From an uncultured bacterium (lineage in GTDB: Bacteria; Verrucomicrobiota; Verrucomicrobiia; Limisphaerales; UBA8199): a stretch of DNA of 64,000 nucleotides. The DNA is taken from contig CAVVMW010000018.1 of assembly GCA_963749495.1 (NCBI GenBank), forward strand, positions 1 through 64,000, in the 5' to 3' direction. The position numbers were made by a program, and so were the translations under genes. The notes under the pieces were generated by a model. That model saw nothing but the letters and a program-made list of their open reading frames with translations. It ran no database searches and had not been told where the DNA came from. Positions within the stretch are counted from its first letter, which is position 1, and every line of letters begins with the position of its first letter. Shown piece by piece: positions 1 through 10,265 of the stretch.

Positions 1-1026
1 AAACCATAACTTTTCACTTGACGGGACGCCAGGGGTACTGGCAGAGTGTTGCCGATGCCGCGGCAAATCAGAGTCGAATACCCCGGGGCGATTTACCACA
101 TCTTGAGCCGTGGGGACCGCCGGGAAGACATTTACCTGGATGACGTGGACCGGCAGGACTTTCTCAAGACGCTGGCCGAGTGCTGCCAGAAGACCGGTTT
201 CCAGGTCCATGCCTACTGTCTGATGCGCAACCATTTCCACCTGGTCGTCGAAACGCCCAACGCCAATCTGGTGGCGGGAATGCGCTGGCTGCTGAGCAGC
301 TATACCATCCGGCTCAACGGCCGGCACAAGCTTTCCGGTCACGTGTTCAGCGGACGCTACAAGGCGATTGTGGTCGAGGGCAGCGGCAACGGGTATCTGC
401 GCACGGCCTGTGACTACGTGCATCTGAATCCGGTCCGGGCAGGGCTGTTGGGTAGGGAAGAACGCTTGTTGGAGTATCCCTGGAGCAGCTTGGCTTGGTA
501 TTTGGCCGCGCCGGAACACCGACCGGGCTGGATGCGGGTGGACCGCTTGCTGGGCGAACACGGGATCCAAAAAGACACCGCTTGCGGACGAGAGCAGTTT
601 GAGCGGCAGATGGAGCGCCGCCGGCACCCAGGAGGACGATGCGGCCCAATGGAAACCACTAAAGCGCGGCTGGTGTCTGGGCAGCGAGGAGTTCCGCGCC
701 AAGCTGTTGGAGCAGATGGAGGCGCGCCTGAGTGATCAGCATTCGGGGAAGTTGAGGCGTGGAGCGGCGAAGCCAAAGGGGAGTGCATCGTTGCGGAGGA
801 GTTGAAGCGTTTGCGATGGAGCCAGGATGACTTGAAGGGGCACTTGAAGGGCGACCCGGCAAAGCTGGCCCTGGCGGCGCGGTTGCGGCGCGAGACCACC
901 TTGACCATCCGCCAAATCGCCGAGCGGATTACATGGGCAGTTGGAAGAGCCTGAACAACAAGCTGTATCTGCGCCGCAAGACCGAGCCGGAGGAAGTCAA
1001 AAGGTGAAAAGTTATGGTTTGACCCC
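1..1026 (+). mobile_element. Inverted-repeat-bounded element carrying a Y1/RAYT transposase (left end cut by window edge)
   Basis: 1-17 AAACCATAACTTTTCAC is the exact reverse complement of 1004-1020 GTGAAAAGTTATGGTTT, followed by GACCCC (1021-1026); the pair encloses the transposase gene. Confidence 0.75.
55..1007 (+). CDS. REP-associated tyrosine (Y1 HUH, RAYT-like) transposase with C-terminal HTH; frameshifted near 625, 780 and 930
   Basis: MPRQIRVEYPGAIYHILSRGDRRE, HUH motif YCLMRNHFHLVVE, YVHLNPVRAG, YPWSS; other frames continue GWCLGSEEF, KGDPAKLALAARLRRETTLTIRQIAE, MGSWKSLNNKL to TGA at 1005-1007. Confidence 0.85.
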
Positions 1027-1038
1027 TCCTCCGGTTGT

Positions 1039-2412
1039 GTGGAGAGCCAAGTGGACTACCGGGCCAGCGCTGAGACGCTGGGACGCAAGTTAGCGGAGGC
1101 GGGCAGCGATGCGTGGCAACTGCTGGAGTGGCTGGGCCAGCCCGAGCCATCGCGGGCGGCGGCTGGACCCCAGGTGGAGTTGTTGCGGCGGGTTTTTGCC
1201 GAACAATTCGACGTGCGCGCTGGTCCGGCGGCATCGGCTTCCAAGGAGATCATCGTCGCGCCGGCCAGTCCTGCGTCGGCCGCTTCCGAGGCTGGGGCGG
1301 GGACGACCGCCACGACAACGGTGCCACCGGAAGCCAACTCCGTCCCATCTGCGAGCAGCAGCCCGGTGGCCCCGCCCAGCCAACAGGCAGAGCTTCTGAA
1401 GGCAGGAGCGGCCGAACCCGCGCCGGTGGCGGCTCAGACAAGTTGCGCGTTGGAGCCGAACCTCTCCGTAAGCGGCCAGCCCAAGGACGACTCCGCCCAG
1501 AGCCAGCCGGCGGCCAGTGGCCCGGAGGTCCAGCCCAAAGACAAAAAACAGTTGGCCTCGGATCGAGTGCAAAACCCGCACGAGCCGGACGCTACCTACG
1601 CCGCCAAGGGGCAAGGCGACAAAAAGAAGGAACACGTGGGCTACAAGATACAGGTGGCCGAGACGGTGTGTGAAGCGACGTTGGCGCCAGGCGAACCGAC
1701 CCGCAATTTCATCGCCGGGATCGTGACCCATGCGGCCTATGAGAGCGACGAGGCTGGCGCGGAAAAGATGGAGGCCGAACAGGCGGCCATGGGTTTGGAG
1801 AAGCCTCCGGTGCAGTACGTGGATGGCGCTTACATCTCGGCCGACAAGCTGGTGGAAGCGGCGGCGGCGGGCAGGGAGTTGATTGGCCCGGCGCCGGCAC
1901 CCGCCAACAACAACGACGGCCGTTTCACCACCCAAGCGTTTCAAGTCCAGGTGGAGCAGCGTCGAGCCACTTGTCCGGCTGGGCAGCCGAGCAGCCAATG
2001 CAGCCGGCTGGAGGAGCAGGCCACCGGGAGAGTGGCTTACCGTTTCGAATGGGACACCGCCACGTGTGCCGCTTGTCCTTTGCGCGGCCAATGCATCAAG
2101 GCCGAGCACAAGCATCGCACGCTGGTTGTGGGGGAGCATCACACCGCGTTGCAGACCCGCAGACAGGAGCAGCGCACCCAGGAGTTCAAGCAACGGATGA
2201 AACACCGCAACGGGATCGAGGGCACGCAAAGCGAGTTGGTGCGAGGTCACGGCCTGAGGCATGCGCGCTATCGCGGTCTGGCCAAAACCAAGCTCCAGAA
2301 CTACTTCACCGGCGCGGCCTGCAACGTGAAGCGGTGGCTGCGCCGCATCGCCTGGGAAATGGAGCAAGAGGAGGAGGCGGTTGGGCAAAGCCCGGCCGCG
2401 AGGGCGAACTAA
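1039..2412 (+). pseudogene. IS1182-like DDE transposase, N-terminally truncated
   Basis: HEPDATY..K, GYKIQVAET, YVDGAY, CPAG..CAACPLRGQC, RNGIEGTQSELVRGHGLRHARYRGLAK..Q..AACN; no N-terminal domain; begins just after the RAYT repeat end. Confidence 0.8.
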
Positions 2413-2650
2413 GACCGGACCGCCAGGTCCTTTTGTTTGGAAAGTCCTGCCCCGGTCGGTTGGGGGTTGTTTTAAGCCGACGCAGTGCTTTGGAGCACGG
2501 CCGCCGTTGTATTATGTTCCATGGGAGTTATCACAGCCAAGAGCATCTGGGCCTTTTGAAGCTTGGAAATTGCTGCTGAAAAACCCCGTGCATTTCTCCC
2601 GAATCAGTATGGTTCGTTTTGACCCATATTCCCAGTCGGCCGTCTGATGA

Positions 2651-2798
2651 ATCGGATGCTCGCGCCGATCTCCTCGACTCATCACGTGATACATGGCGCC
2701 AAGATACTCAACCAGCAGTTTGCGCGGCATGGCGGATTGATACAGTCCTCCAGACGAGCTCGTCAAAGAAGAAAATGAACCATGCTATGGCTGACCCC
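2651..2798 (-). pseudogene. 5' remnant of a second RAYT element (end sequence, promoter, about 25 codons)
   Basis: ATG 2730 reads MPRKLLVEYLGAMYHVMSRGDRRE, matching the N-terminus at 55; preceded by TTGACG (2766-2761) and a GGGGTCAGCCATA end at 2798. Confidence 0.8.
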
Positions 2799-2918
2799 TT
2801 TCCTTCCTGGTTCAGGGGCGAGGTTTCTGGGTAGGGCGCCAGGCCCGTCATCTGGACAACCATACAAAGGACCGCAGGCAAAGTCCATGAACGAACGCCG
2901 CGCCTTGAGATCCGAAAT

Positions 2919-2994
2919 CCGTCCCTTGCGTCCCTTTTGTCCCTTTTGTCCCTTCAGCAAGCGACAAAAGGGACAAAAGGGACGAAAGGGACGC
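2919..2994. repeat. Inverted cluster of 9-bp tandem units (GTCCCTTTT)n / (AAAAGGGAC)n
   Basis: Directly visible; lies downstream of the pseudopilin stop. Confidence 0.8.
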
Positions 2995-3021
2995 GATGGC
3001 GTTGGTTTCCCGGCAGCCGCA

Positions 3022-3951
3022 CTACCGCGGCATCGCGGAGGGTCTTTCCCCGGTGTACCAATGGTAGTCCACGCCGTTGGGGCTAAAGCGAATCTTGCTG
3101 GCGTTACCGGGGACCCAGAGGGTGTTGCACCCGTTGTTGTGCCGCCACCAGCCCTTGGTGAGGTCCACGCCGGGATAGTAGGACGCCATATCGCGTTTCC
3201 ACTGGGTCAGGATCCCGGTGTGGCCCGGAAACAGGCCCAGGGAATCGTCTTCCCCCTCCATCAGTTGCTTGGTGGAATCCTGGCAGAAAATCGTGGTTCC
3301 CGGGCTCAAATAGCTGCTGGTTTTGAGCGGGCCTTTGCCGTCCGGGCCATATTGGGTGTCGGTTCCGGCCCAGGGGATGAGGAGCAGTTGGCACATCCCG
3401 TAAGTTGAGTTTGCCCAGAAATCGTGGGGGTAATTCAAGCCCAGGTCGCGCCATTCATCGACGATCTTGCCGTCCGGACAACCGAAGAGCTTTTGGTTGC
3501 TGGCGAAGTACGCGGAATAACCCAGCGCCCAGTAAGCGTCGACATCATCGGGCTGGCGCAGCTTCGTCGAGGTTGGGTCCATCGTCCATTGTCCGCCGTG
3601 GACCACGTAGCCGCCTTGCCCGCAGGAATAGGTGTCCCGGTTGTCATCGGCGTACATGCGCGCGGCAACGCCGACCTGTTTGAGGTTGTTGAGACATTGC
3701 GCGGCCCTGGCCTTCTCTTTGGCCTGGCTCAGGGCCGGCAGGATCATGCTGGCCAGTATCGCGATGATGGCAATGACGACCAGCAGTTCGATGAGAGTGA
3801 AGCCTGCCCGCGGCCTGGAGCAGCGCCGACAGGAGGCCTGCGCCGCCTCGCGCCGGTTTGCCAGCGCCTGGCCAAGGGGCGAGAGTCGAGGGGCGAGGGA
3901 CCGCAGGCATAGATCCGGTCTGCACACCAGGCTGAGTTTGGGCATAGTCAT
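3022..3951 (-). CDS. Prepilin-type N-terminal cleavage/methylation protein (DUF1559/H-X9-DG-like)
   Basis: [44 protein letters not shown]-terminal [13 protein letters not shown]. Confidence 0.85.
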   Translation of the reverse strand: MTMPKLSLVCRPDLCLRSLAPRLSPLGQALANRREAAQASCRRCSRPRAGFTLIELLVVIAIIAILASMILPALSQAKEKARAAQCLNNLKQVGVAARMYADDNRDTYSCGQGGYVVHGGQWTMDPTSTKLRQPDDVDAYWALGYSAYFASNQKLFGCPDGKIVDEWRDLGLNYPHDFWANSTYGMCQLLLIPWAGTDTQYGPDGKGPLKTSSYLSPGTTIFCQDSTKQLMEGEDDSLGLFPGHTGILTQWKRDMASYYPGVDLTKGWWRHNNGCNTLWVPGNASKIRFSPNGVDYHWYTGERPSAMPR

Positions 3952-4029
3952 AAGAGGTTCGCTTCAGCTCCGGTTTCTACTTTTACCTTGCACACAAATC
4001 CGCAATCAAATCAGCGAGGTCCATCGTCA

Positions 4030-7000
4030 CTACTGCGCCAGCACGCGGTAAAAGGCCTGGGGTTGAGTGGCCGAATCCTGGGCCGTCTCGATAGCGCCCG
4101 TGCCCGCGATGGTTGAGAGGGTCTGCCAACTGGGAGGGCAGAGGGTGTCGGTTTTCTGGACCGTGTATGTGAGTCCCGCGGTGGTGTTGAAGGGCAGGGA
4201 CAGCTTGCCACCAACGGCAGCGGGTTGCGAAAGTGCAACCTCGCCGGCCAACGCGATCACCAGGTTGGTGGCGCTGTAGCGTGGGACCCAGCCGGCCCTG
4301 TCCGCGTGCGGCGCGGTGAGGCCGGAGAAGACGCCGGAGCGCGAGGCGCAGGTGAGCACACAAAAGGTGTCCCTGGGCTGCGGCGTGAACCCGTTGACCA
4401 TGCGCAACTGGAGTTGGCCGTCCAGGTTGGCCGCCCCGCCGACGGCCAGTTGGCTGTACTGGGCTCCCAACTGCTTGCCGCCGATGCTCACCGCCGTGTT
4501 CCCGGCCGTTTGCTGCCAGGCCCCTTGCACGCAGAGAATGCCGGCCTGCACCTCAACGTCGCTGGAGTTGATGAAATCCGCCGCCAGCAGAGTGGCGCCG
4601 CCTCCGGCCGATTTGAGGAAACGCCCCGCATTGTTGATGGCCAGGCGCGGCGTGCTGTTGCTGGAACCAAGGGTAACGTCGGTTTGGAGGTCGAATGTGC
4701 CGCCCGCAAGATTGTTGATGACCACGCCGTCGCCACCGGCAAGGCTCCCAGGCGCGCGCCAGATGAGAGTGCCCGAGTTATTGAGCAGGCAGCCGGAAAG
4801 CGCCTGCCCGCCGTTGACGACCAGTTGCGCGCCGGCATCAATGTCGAGGTTGGCCAGGCTGAGCGTGCCCGCATTCCAACTGACCGAGCTGCCGATCGGC
4901 GGGAAGGCCAGCGCGTGCAAGACCCCCGAGCCGGAGATTGAATTGCCCAATTCCACGTTGCCGGGGGCAGGCGCACTCGAGAAAGACTCGCGGCCTCCCA
5001 CCTGCAGCGTGCCGTTGACAACAACGCCTGCGGCAAACCGGTTGGTGCCCGGCCCGCTGAACCGGCTAACGGCCCCGGCCTGCACGGAGTAGGGGCCGCC
5101 GAAGAGCATGAGGGCGGCAGGGTCGAGAGTCTTGAACTCGGCACGCCCGCTGGCACACTGCCAATCGATCGTGTCAGCCAACTGCAACGTGCCGCTGTCG
5201 GCGGATAGCGTGCCGCTGTTATCGATGAGCAGACGCCCGGAGGCCGAGCCGCCCGCGGCCACTGCGCCGGCGCTCCGCAACATGGCGCCGCGCTGCACCG
5301 CCAGTTTGCTCTGCGGCGGCCCGCCGCCCGTCAACCGTGCCCCGTCACAAAAGGCGGCTTGCGAGCCCGCCTCGAGCACGAGAATGGCCGGGACTGAATT
5401 GGTAGCCGGGCTGATCCGCATGAGGGCGCCGGTCTGAACGGTCAGCGCTACGCCGGCAAGGCAGTTGGAACCAGTCACCGCCATGAGGTTGGTAATACTC
5501 AGGGTCGAGCCGTTGAAACGGGCGCTGTCGGCCATTTGCACAGTGGCGAGCACGAAATTCCCGTTGCTGATTGCCGCATTGCTGTCTGCAACCAGGCTCT
5601 GGATTTGAATCGTGTTGGTCCCATTGGCCGGGCTTTGGATGGTCCCGTTGGAGCCGACTTCCAGTTCAGCCAGGGCCGCGTCGCCCTCGATGACCCAGGT
5701 GGGGGCTGCCGCGCCCTCCAGGACCCGCACCAGGCCTTGCCCGGTAAATGTTGCGCCCGCGTTCAGGGTGTTGGTCCCACCCCAGAACCAGAGCACGGTG
5801 CCGGAAGCGGTACGGAATTCCCCGCTGCCGGAGCCGCCAAAGAGGTTCAGTTGGCCGCCGCTCACATCCACCAGCCCACTGTTCATCAGGTCCAGGCCCG
5901 CCGGGGGATTGGCCGTGCCAAACCGGATTGTGCCGTTGCCGGACTTGAGGAAGGTGCCCGCATTGTCGAAGATGCTGCCCCCGCCCCCGGGCGCCGCGCT
6001 CAAGCTCCCGTCTGCCTGCGCCTCGAACGTGCCCGTTGCCAGGTTGCTGATGACAGACCCCTGGTCCAGCGACAGCCCCTGGCCCAGGAGCGTGCAAAGA
6101 CCGGCGTTCACGAGCGCACAGCCGGAGAGCGCCTCGCCACCGTTGATGACCAGGCTCGCCCCTGTCTGCACGCTCACCGTGGGCAGACTCAGCGTGCCGT
6201 GGACCCAGTTCACGAAGCCGCCCTGTCCCGTGCCGCCCACCGCGGTCAGCGAGCCGGCCCCGGACAGTGAATCGAGGATATCCAGGTTGCCGCCCAGAGA
6301 GTTTCCTGTGACCGGGTCGGTCGCCCCCCCGGCGCACAGCATGCCATCAATGATGCCGCCCGCAGCCAACCGGTTCGTGCCCGGCCCGCTGAAAACGCTC
6401 GAGGCCAAGGCATTCAGATCAAAGGGGCTCTCGAAGAGAATCAGCGAGGCAGGCGAAACGGCGATGAACTGCTCCGACCCGCCGCTGCACTCCCAGTCGA
6501 TGCCGCCTCCGAACCGCAGCGTGCCGCTCTGGGCCTGAACAATGCCGTTGTTGTCCAGGACCAACTGCCCGCCTTGCCCGCCCTGCACCAACGCGGTGCC
6601 GCTGGAACTCAGGACTGAGCCGGATTGAAGCACCAACTGGCTCTGAGACATGCCCCCGCTGGTCAATTGCGTGCCGTCCGCAAGGAAAATGTTTCCCCCG
6701 TTATCGACTGTTGTTCCGTCGTCCAACTCAAGTCCCCCCGCGGCTGCGGGCGCGACCGCGCTTATCGTCATCAAGGCAGCCGGCAGAATGTTGAGGGTCA
6801 CCCCGCTGAACAGGCAGCCCGGGCCATCAACCGTCATGTACGCGGAGAGATACAAAACCGTTCCGTTGAAACTGCTCCCGCTGAGCATCTGGAGGTTCTG
6901 AAGGCCAAAATGGCCGTTGTTAATCACCGCGTTGGTGTTGGCGATTATGCCCTGGATGCGGACCAGGCTATCCACCTCGAGTGTCCCGTTAATGATCACA

Positions 7001-7272
7001 GTGTCTGCCTCCAACGGCAGTCTGAAGGCTGGCGCCAAAGCGCCGGTGCTGTCCGCGGTGAACCAGTTTCCCGCATTGGACCAACTGGTATCTATCACCC
7101 CGGAATCGTTCGTCTGCCCAACGAACGTCAGGGTATCCCCAAAGACTACAGTTGAGGCGCCCAAAAGGAGGGCCAACAGACCGGTTAACAGCACACTACG
7201 CATTCGCTTTCTCTTGGCCTGTGACGCGAGCACGATCTGTGCCGCGGGACAAGACCTGTCGAGTTCATTCAT
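4030..7272 (-). CDS. Large secreted Gly/Ser-rich repeat (beta-helix-like) surface protein with C-terminal FYR domain
   Basis: Signal peptide after MRS (alternative start 7203); internally duplicated blocks (LLIDNSG/LVLDNNG, FSGPGTNR twice); ends YTVQKTDTL..WQTL..AFYRV. Confidence 0.75.
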   Translation of the reverse strand: MNELDRSCPAAQIVLASQAKRKRMRSVLLTGLLALLLGASTVVFGDTLTFVGQTNDSGVIDTSWSNAGNWFTADSTGALAPAFRLPLEADTVIINGTLEVDSLVRIQGIIANTNAVINNGHFGLQNLQMLSGSSFNGTVLYLSAYMTVDGPGCLFSGVTLNILPAALMTISAVAPAAAGGLELDDGTTVDNGGNIFLADGTQLTSGGMSQSQLVLQSGSVLSSSGTALVQGGQGGQLVLDNNGIVQAQSGTLRFGGGIDWECSGGSEQFIAVSPASLILFESPFDLNALASSVFSGPGTNRLAAGGIIDGMLCAGGATDPVTGNSLGGNLDILDSLSGAGSLTAVGGTGQGGFVNWVHGTLSLPTVSVQTGASLVINGGEALSGCALVNAGLCTLLGQGLSLDQGSVISNLATGTFEAQADGSLSAAPGGGGSIFDNAGTFLKSGNGTIRFGTANPPAGLDLMNSGLVDVSGGQLNLFGGSGSGEFRTASGTVLWFWGGTNTLNAGATFTGQGLVRVLEGAAAPTWVIEGDAALAELEVGSNGTIQSPANGTNTIQIQSLVADSNAAISNGNFVLATVQMADSARFNGSTLSITNLMAVTGSNCLAGVALTVQTGALMRISPATNSVPAILVLEAGSQAAFCDGARLTGGGPPQSKLAVQRGAMLRSAGAVAAGGSASGRLLIDNSGTLSADSGTLQLADTIDWQCASGRAEFKTLDPAALMLFGGPYSVQAGAVSRFSGPGTNRFAAGVVVNGTLQVGGRESFSSAPAPGNVELGNSISGSGVLHALAFPPIGSSVSWNAGTLSLANLDIDAGAQLVVNGGQALSGCLLNNSGTLIWRAPGSLAGGDGVVINNLAGGTFDLQTDVTLGSSNSTPRLAINNAGRFLKSAGGGATLLAADFINSSDVEVQAGILCVQGAWQQTAGNTAVSIGGKQLGAQYSQLAVGGAANLDGQLQLRMVNGFTPQPRDTFCVLTCASRSGVFSGLTAPHADRAGWVPRYSATNLVIALAGEVALSQPAAVGGKLSLPFNTTAGLTYTVQKTDTLCPPSWQTLSTIAGTGAIETAQDSATQPQAFYRVLAQ

Positions 7273-7669
7273 TCACCGACAAGGACTCTTACCGCGCTGC
7301 GCCTGAGTCTTCCGGCCACCCTCCCCTCCGGCCATGCGCTGGCGGCGATCATGGCCGGAGGGAGAGCGGCAACCGGACGGCTTAAGCCGCACGGCCTTCC
7401 CACTGGCAGAGAAGGCGATGCCGCCGCGGCTGGGCGTTCTCCCACCAAGGCCTCAGCCATCATGCGGCTCCAGACTACTCCTTTCAAGTAGCACCAACGG
7501 GCAATGGGCGTCTCATGGCGGGTTGCTGTTTAGTGCTGTGGGATTGCTGTCTTTTTGATTGACATACGGTGGGGCTTACTTCCCACCCATGGGGGATTGT
7601 TCCCAGTGGCCAGCCACGCCGGCCGATGGGAGATTGGAATTGGAGAATCTGACTATGAAAAGGATCTTA

Positions 7670-7860
7670 GGAGGCCATTCACAATAACATGGACAACGGG
7701 CGCGCCGGGATTTTGACCGCTGGCGAGGCGCGAGCGAGGAGCATACCCGAAGCGGTCTGTAACGAGCGAGCAACGACCCGTCCGCCGTAGCTTTAGCGAA
7801 GGCGGAAGCCAGCGGTCAAAAGACCAAGCGAACGTGTTCATGTTATTGTGAATGGCCTCC
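7670..7860. mobile_element. 191-bp MITE-like element
   Basis: TIR GGAGGCCATTCACAATAACATGGACA (7670-7695) matches 7835-7860 at 25/26; inner IR TTTTGACCGCTGGC/GCCAGCGGTCAAAA; no ORF. Confidence 0.75.
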
Positions 7861-7883
7861 CTAGCTCTATTGGGCCTTGCCAA

Positions 7884-8872
7884 TCACGTCCGCGCTGCCA
7901 ATTGCCTGGCCAGCCGGATGGCGGCGATCATGCTCGAGGGATTGGCGATGCCCTGGCCGGCAATATCGTAGGCAGTGCCGTGGTCGGGCGAAGTTCGGAT
8001 GAAGGGCAGGCCCAGCGTCCAGTTCACGCCGGCCTCGAAACTCACCATCTTGAGCGGCGCCAGACCCTGGTCGTGGTACATCGCCACCACCGCCTCGAAG
8101 TCGCCCCGGTAGGCCCTGTAGAACAGGGCGTCGGCGCTCAAAGGGCCAACCACCTCCAGTGCGCGTCCTCGCGCGGCCTGCACCGCCGGGGCAATAATGT
8201 CCTGCTCCTCGGTCCCGAGCTTGCCGCCTTCACCCGCGTGCGGATTCAGCCCGCAGACCGCTACCCGGGCGCGCCCCAGGCCCAGGGCGCCGCAGGCCCG
8301 CGCAGCCAGCTCGATGGCGACCTCGACCTTCGACTGGGTCAGGCGGGCCGCCACGTCCCGGAGCGGCAGGTGCGCGGTTGCCAGGGCCACGCGCAGCCAG
8401 CGCCCGCGATCATCCTGGCCCAGCAGCATCATCGCCGTCCGCTCTGCGCCCGCCAGGTCGGTCAGGAATTCGGTCTGGCCGACAAAGGCCAGTCCGGAGC
8501 GAATGATGGCCTCCTTGTTCACGGGCGCCGTGACCAGGGCCTGCAGCTCGCCCGCCAGGCAGCGTTGCGCCCCTGCCCGCAACCACGCCACTGCGGCCTG
8601 GGCCGCAGCGGGCGCACCGGGAGGCAGGTCGCGGCCCAACGCGCCCGGCTGCGGGTTCCATATCGAGATCCAACCGGGCCCGCCCGGAGCCCCTCATCGA
8701 CCAGCGGCAGGTCCAAGCCCAGACGGCGATTGAGCGCTCGGGCGTGGTCCACGTCGCCAATGAGCAGGTAATGCGCGCCGCCGGAACTGCCCTCGGCAGC
8801 CAGCGCCTTGAGCGCCACCTCCGGGCCGATGCCTGTAACGTCCCCCAGCGAAATGCCGATCGCCCTGCTCAT
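7884..8872 (-). CDS. pdxA: 4-hydroxythreonine-4-phosphate dehydrogenase (frameshift around 8640-8700)
   Basis: ISLGDVTGIGPEV in one frame; TAPVNKE, GLNPHAGE, AMYHDQGL, RTSPDHGTAYDIAG in another; follows surA-like gene with TGATG overlap. Confidence 0.9.
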
Positions 8873-9840
8873 CAGTCATAAAGCCTCACGAAGGTCTTCT
8901 TCCTCAGCTTGTCAATCCACTGCTTCTGCAACCGGGCGCGCTCGCGATCCTGCAGGTCCTTCTCGATTTGATCGCGGACCTCGCTCAAGGGCTTGTAATG
9001 CGCGGGGCTCGCGCCCTCGACCTTGATCAGGTAGCAGGCCTCGGGTGTCTCGATGACGCTGCTGCAGTCCCCCTGCTTGAGCGAGAAGGCGACATCGTTC
9101 AACTCCTTGCGCAACTCCCCCTTCTCCACCCAGCCCTGATCTCCGCCGGCCGGGTGCTGCCGATCCTCCGAGTACATCTTCGCCATCTCCTCAAATTGCG
9201 TTCCCTCCTTCAACTTGCCCAGGATCTCCTCGGCCATCTTCCTGGCCTGCGGCGCGTCCGGATCGATGGCCTTGTTCAACGCAATCATCCGCAGCTTGAC
9301 CCGATCCGCCAGCTTGTAGTCCTCGTGGTGCTCCTGGTAATACACCTGGACCTTGTACGGCGAGACGATGATTTCCGACGAGACGTTCTTCTCCCGCATC
9401 GCCCGCTCGATGATCGTCTCCCGGATGTGCTTGCGTTTCTGATCGAGGGTGGTCCCCTTGGCCTCCAGCGTCTTGATGAACGTCGGCCGGTCCCCGTACG
9501 AACGCACCTCCGCCTGCACCGCGTCATCAATGTACTTCTCCGAGAGGTTGTAACCGGCCGTCTTGAACTCGTGCAGGATCAACTGCCGCTCCTCCAGGTG
9601 GTCCACGTTGTTCCGCACCGCCTCCATCCACTTCTTCTGCAGCACGTCCGGTTGGTCGTGGTAATCGCGCTCCAACTGCGCCGCCACCGGGTCGGTCTCC
9701 TCCTCAACGTCCCGCCGCGTGATCACTGTCTCGTCCACAATGGCCTGGATGCCGTTGATCAGTTCCGACGCCGCCGGCGCCTGGATCACCGCCCCGACAA
9801 GCGCAGCCGTTGCCGCCATGAGTCTGGAAGACATTTTCAT
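8872..9840 (-). CDS. surA: SurA/PpiC-type peptidyl-prolyl isomerase chaperone
   Basis: Signal peptide, IQAIVDETVIT, FEEMAKMYSED..GGDQGW, LRKELNDVAFSL; surA-pdxA synteny. Confidence 0.8.
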   Translation of the reverse strand: MKMSSRLMAATAALVGAVIQAPAASELINGIQAIVDETVITRRDVEEETDPVAAQLERDYHDQPDVLQKKWMEAVRNNVDHLEERQLILHEFKTAGYNLSEKYIDDAVQAEVRSYGDRPTFIKTLEAKGTTLDQKRKHIRETIIERAMREKNVSSEIIVSPYKVQVYYQEHHEDYKLADRVKLRMIALNKAIDPDAPQARKMAEEILGKLKEGTQFEEMAKMYSEDRQHPAGGDQGWVEKGELRKELNDVAFSLKQGDCSSVIETPEACYLIKVEGASPAHYKPLSEVRDQIEKDLQDRERARLQKQWIDKLRKKTFVRLYD

Positions 9841-9925
9841 CTGGTCGCGCCCCATTCTAGGCGCCTGCCCCCGCGCGGTCAAGCAGGCCGCAAACCGCGC
9901 GCCGCGGCGGGGGTAGGACGCAAAT

Positions 9926-10140
9926 CCTCACAAAATGGATTTTGCCGGGCCTTCATGACAGAGGGTCTCTAGGAATCCAGATACAGACTGGCACGGACCA
10001 CAACGATGCCGCCGCATCGGGCCTCCTCTTCGTTTCCTTTGTTTCCTTCTGTTCTATTCCTGTGCCCAGCCGGTGGGACGCTGGAAAAGAACAGAAGGAA
10101 ACGAAGGAAACCAAGGATCGAAGAGCCGGATCATCTCTGG
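9926..10140. repeat. REP-like element with (TTCGTTTCC)n/(GGAAACGAA)n arms, copy 1
   Basis: Similar inverted copies at 24745-24920 and 49845-50058. Confidence 0.8.
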
Positions 10141-10265
10141 GGGATGGGATCTGGATATATAAGTAACACTAATACTATGGCTGCGAAGCATTTTCTGCCA
10201 CGGATTACACGCGTGGCACGGATGGGAGAAACCAGTGTAATCCGTGTAATCCGTGTAATCCGTTT

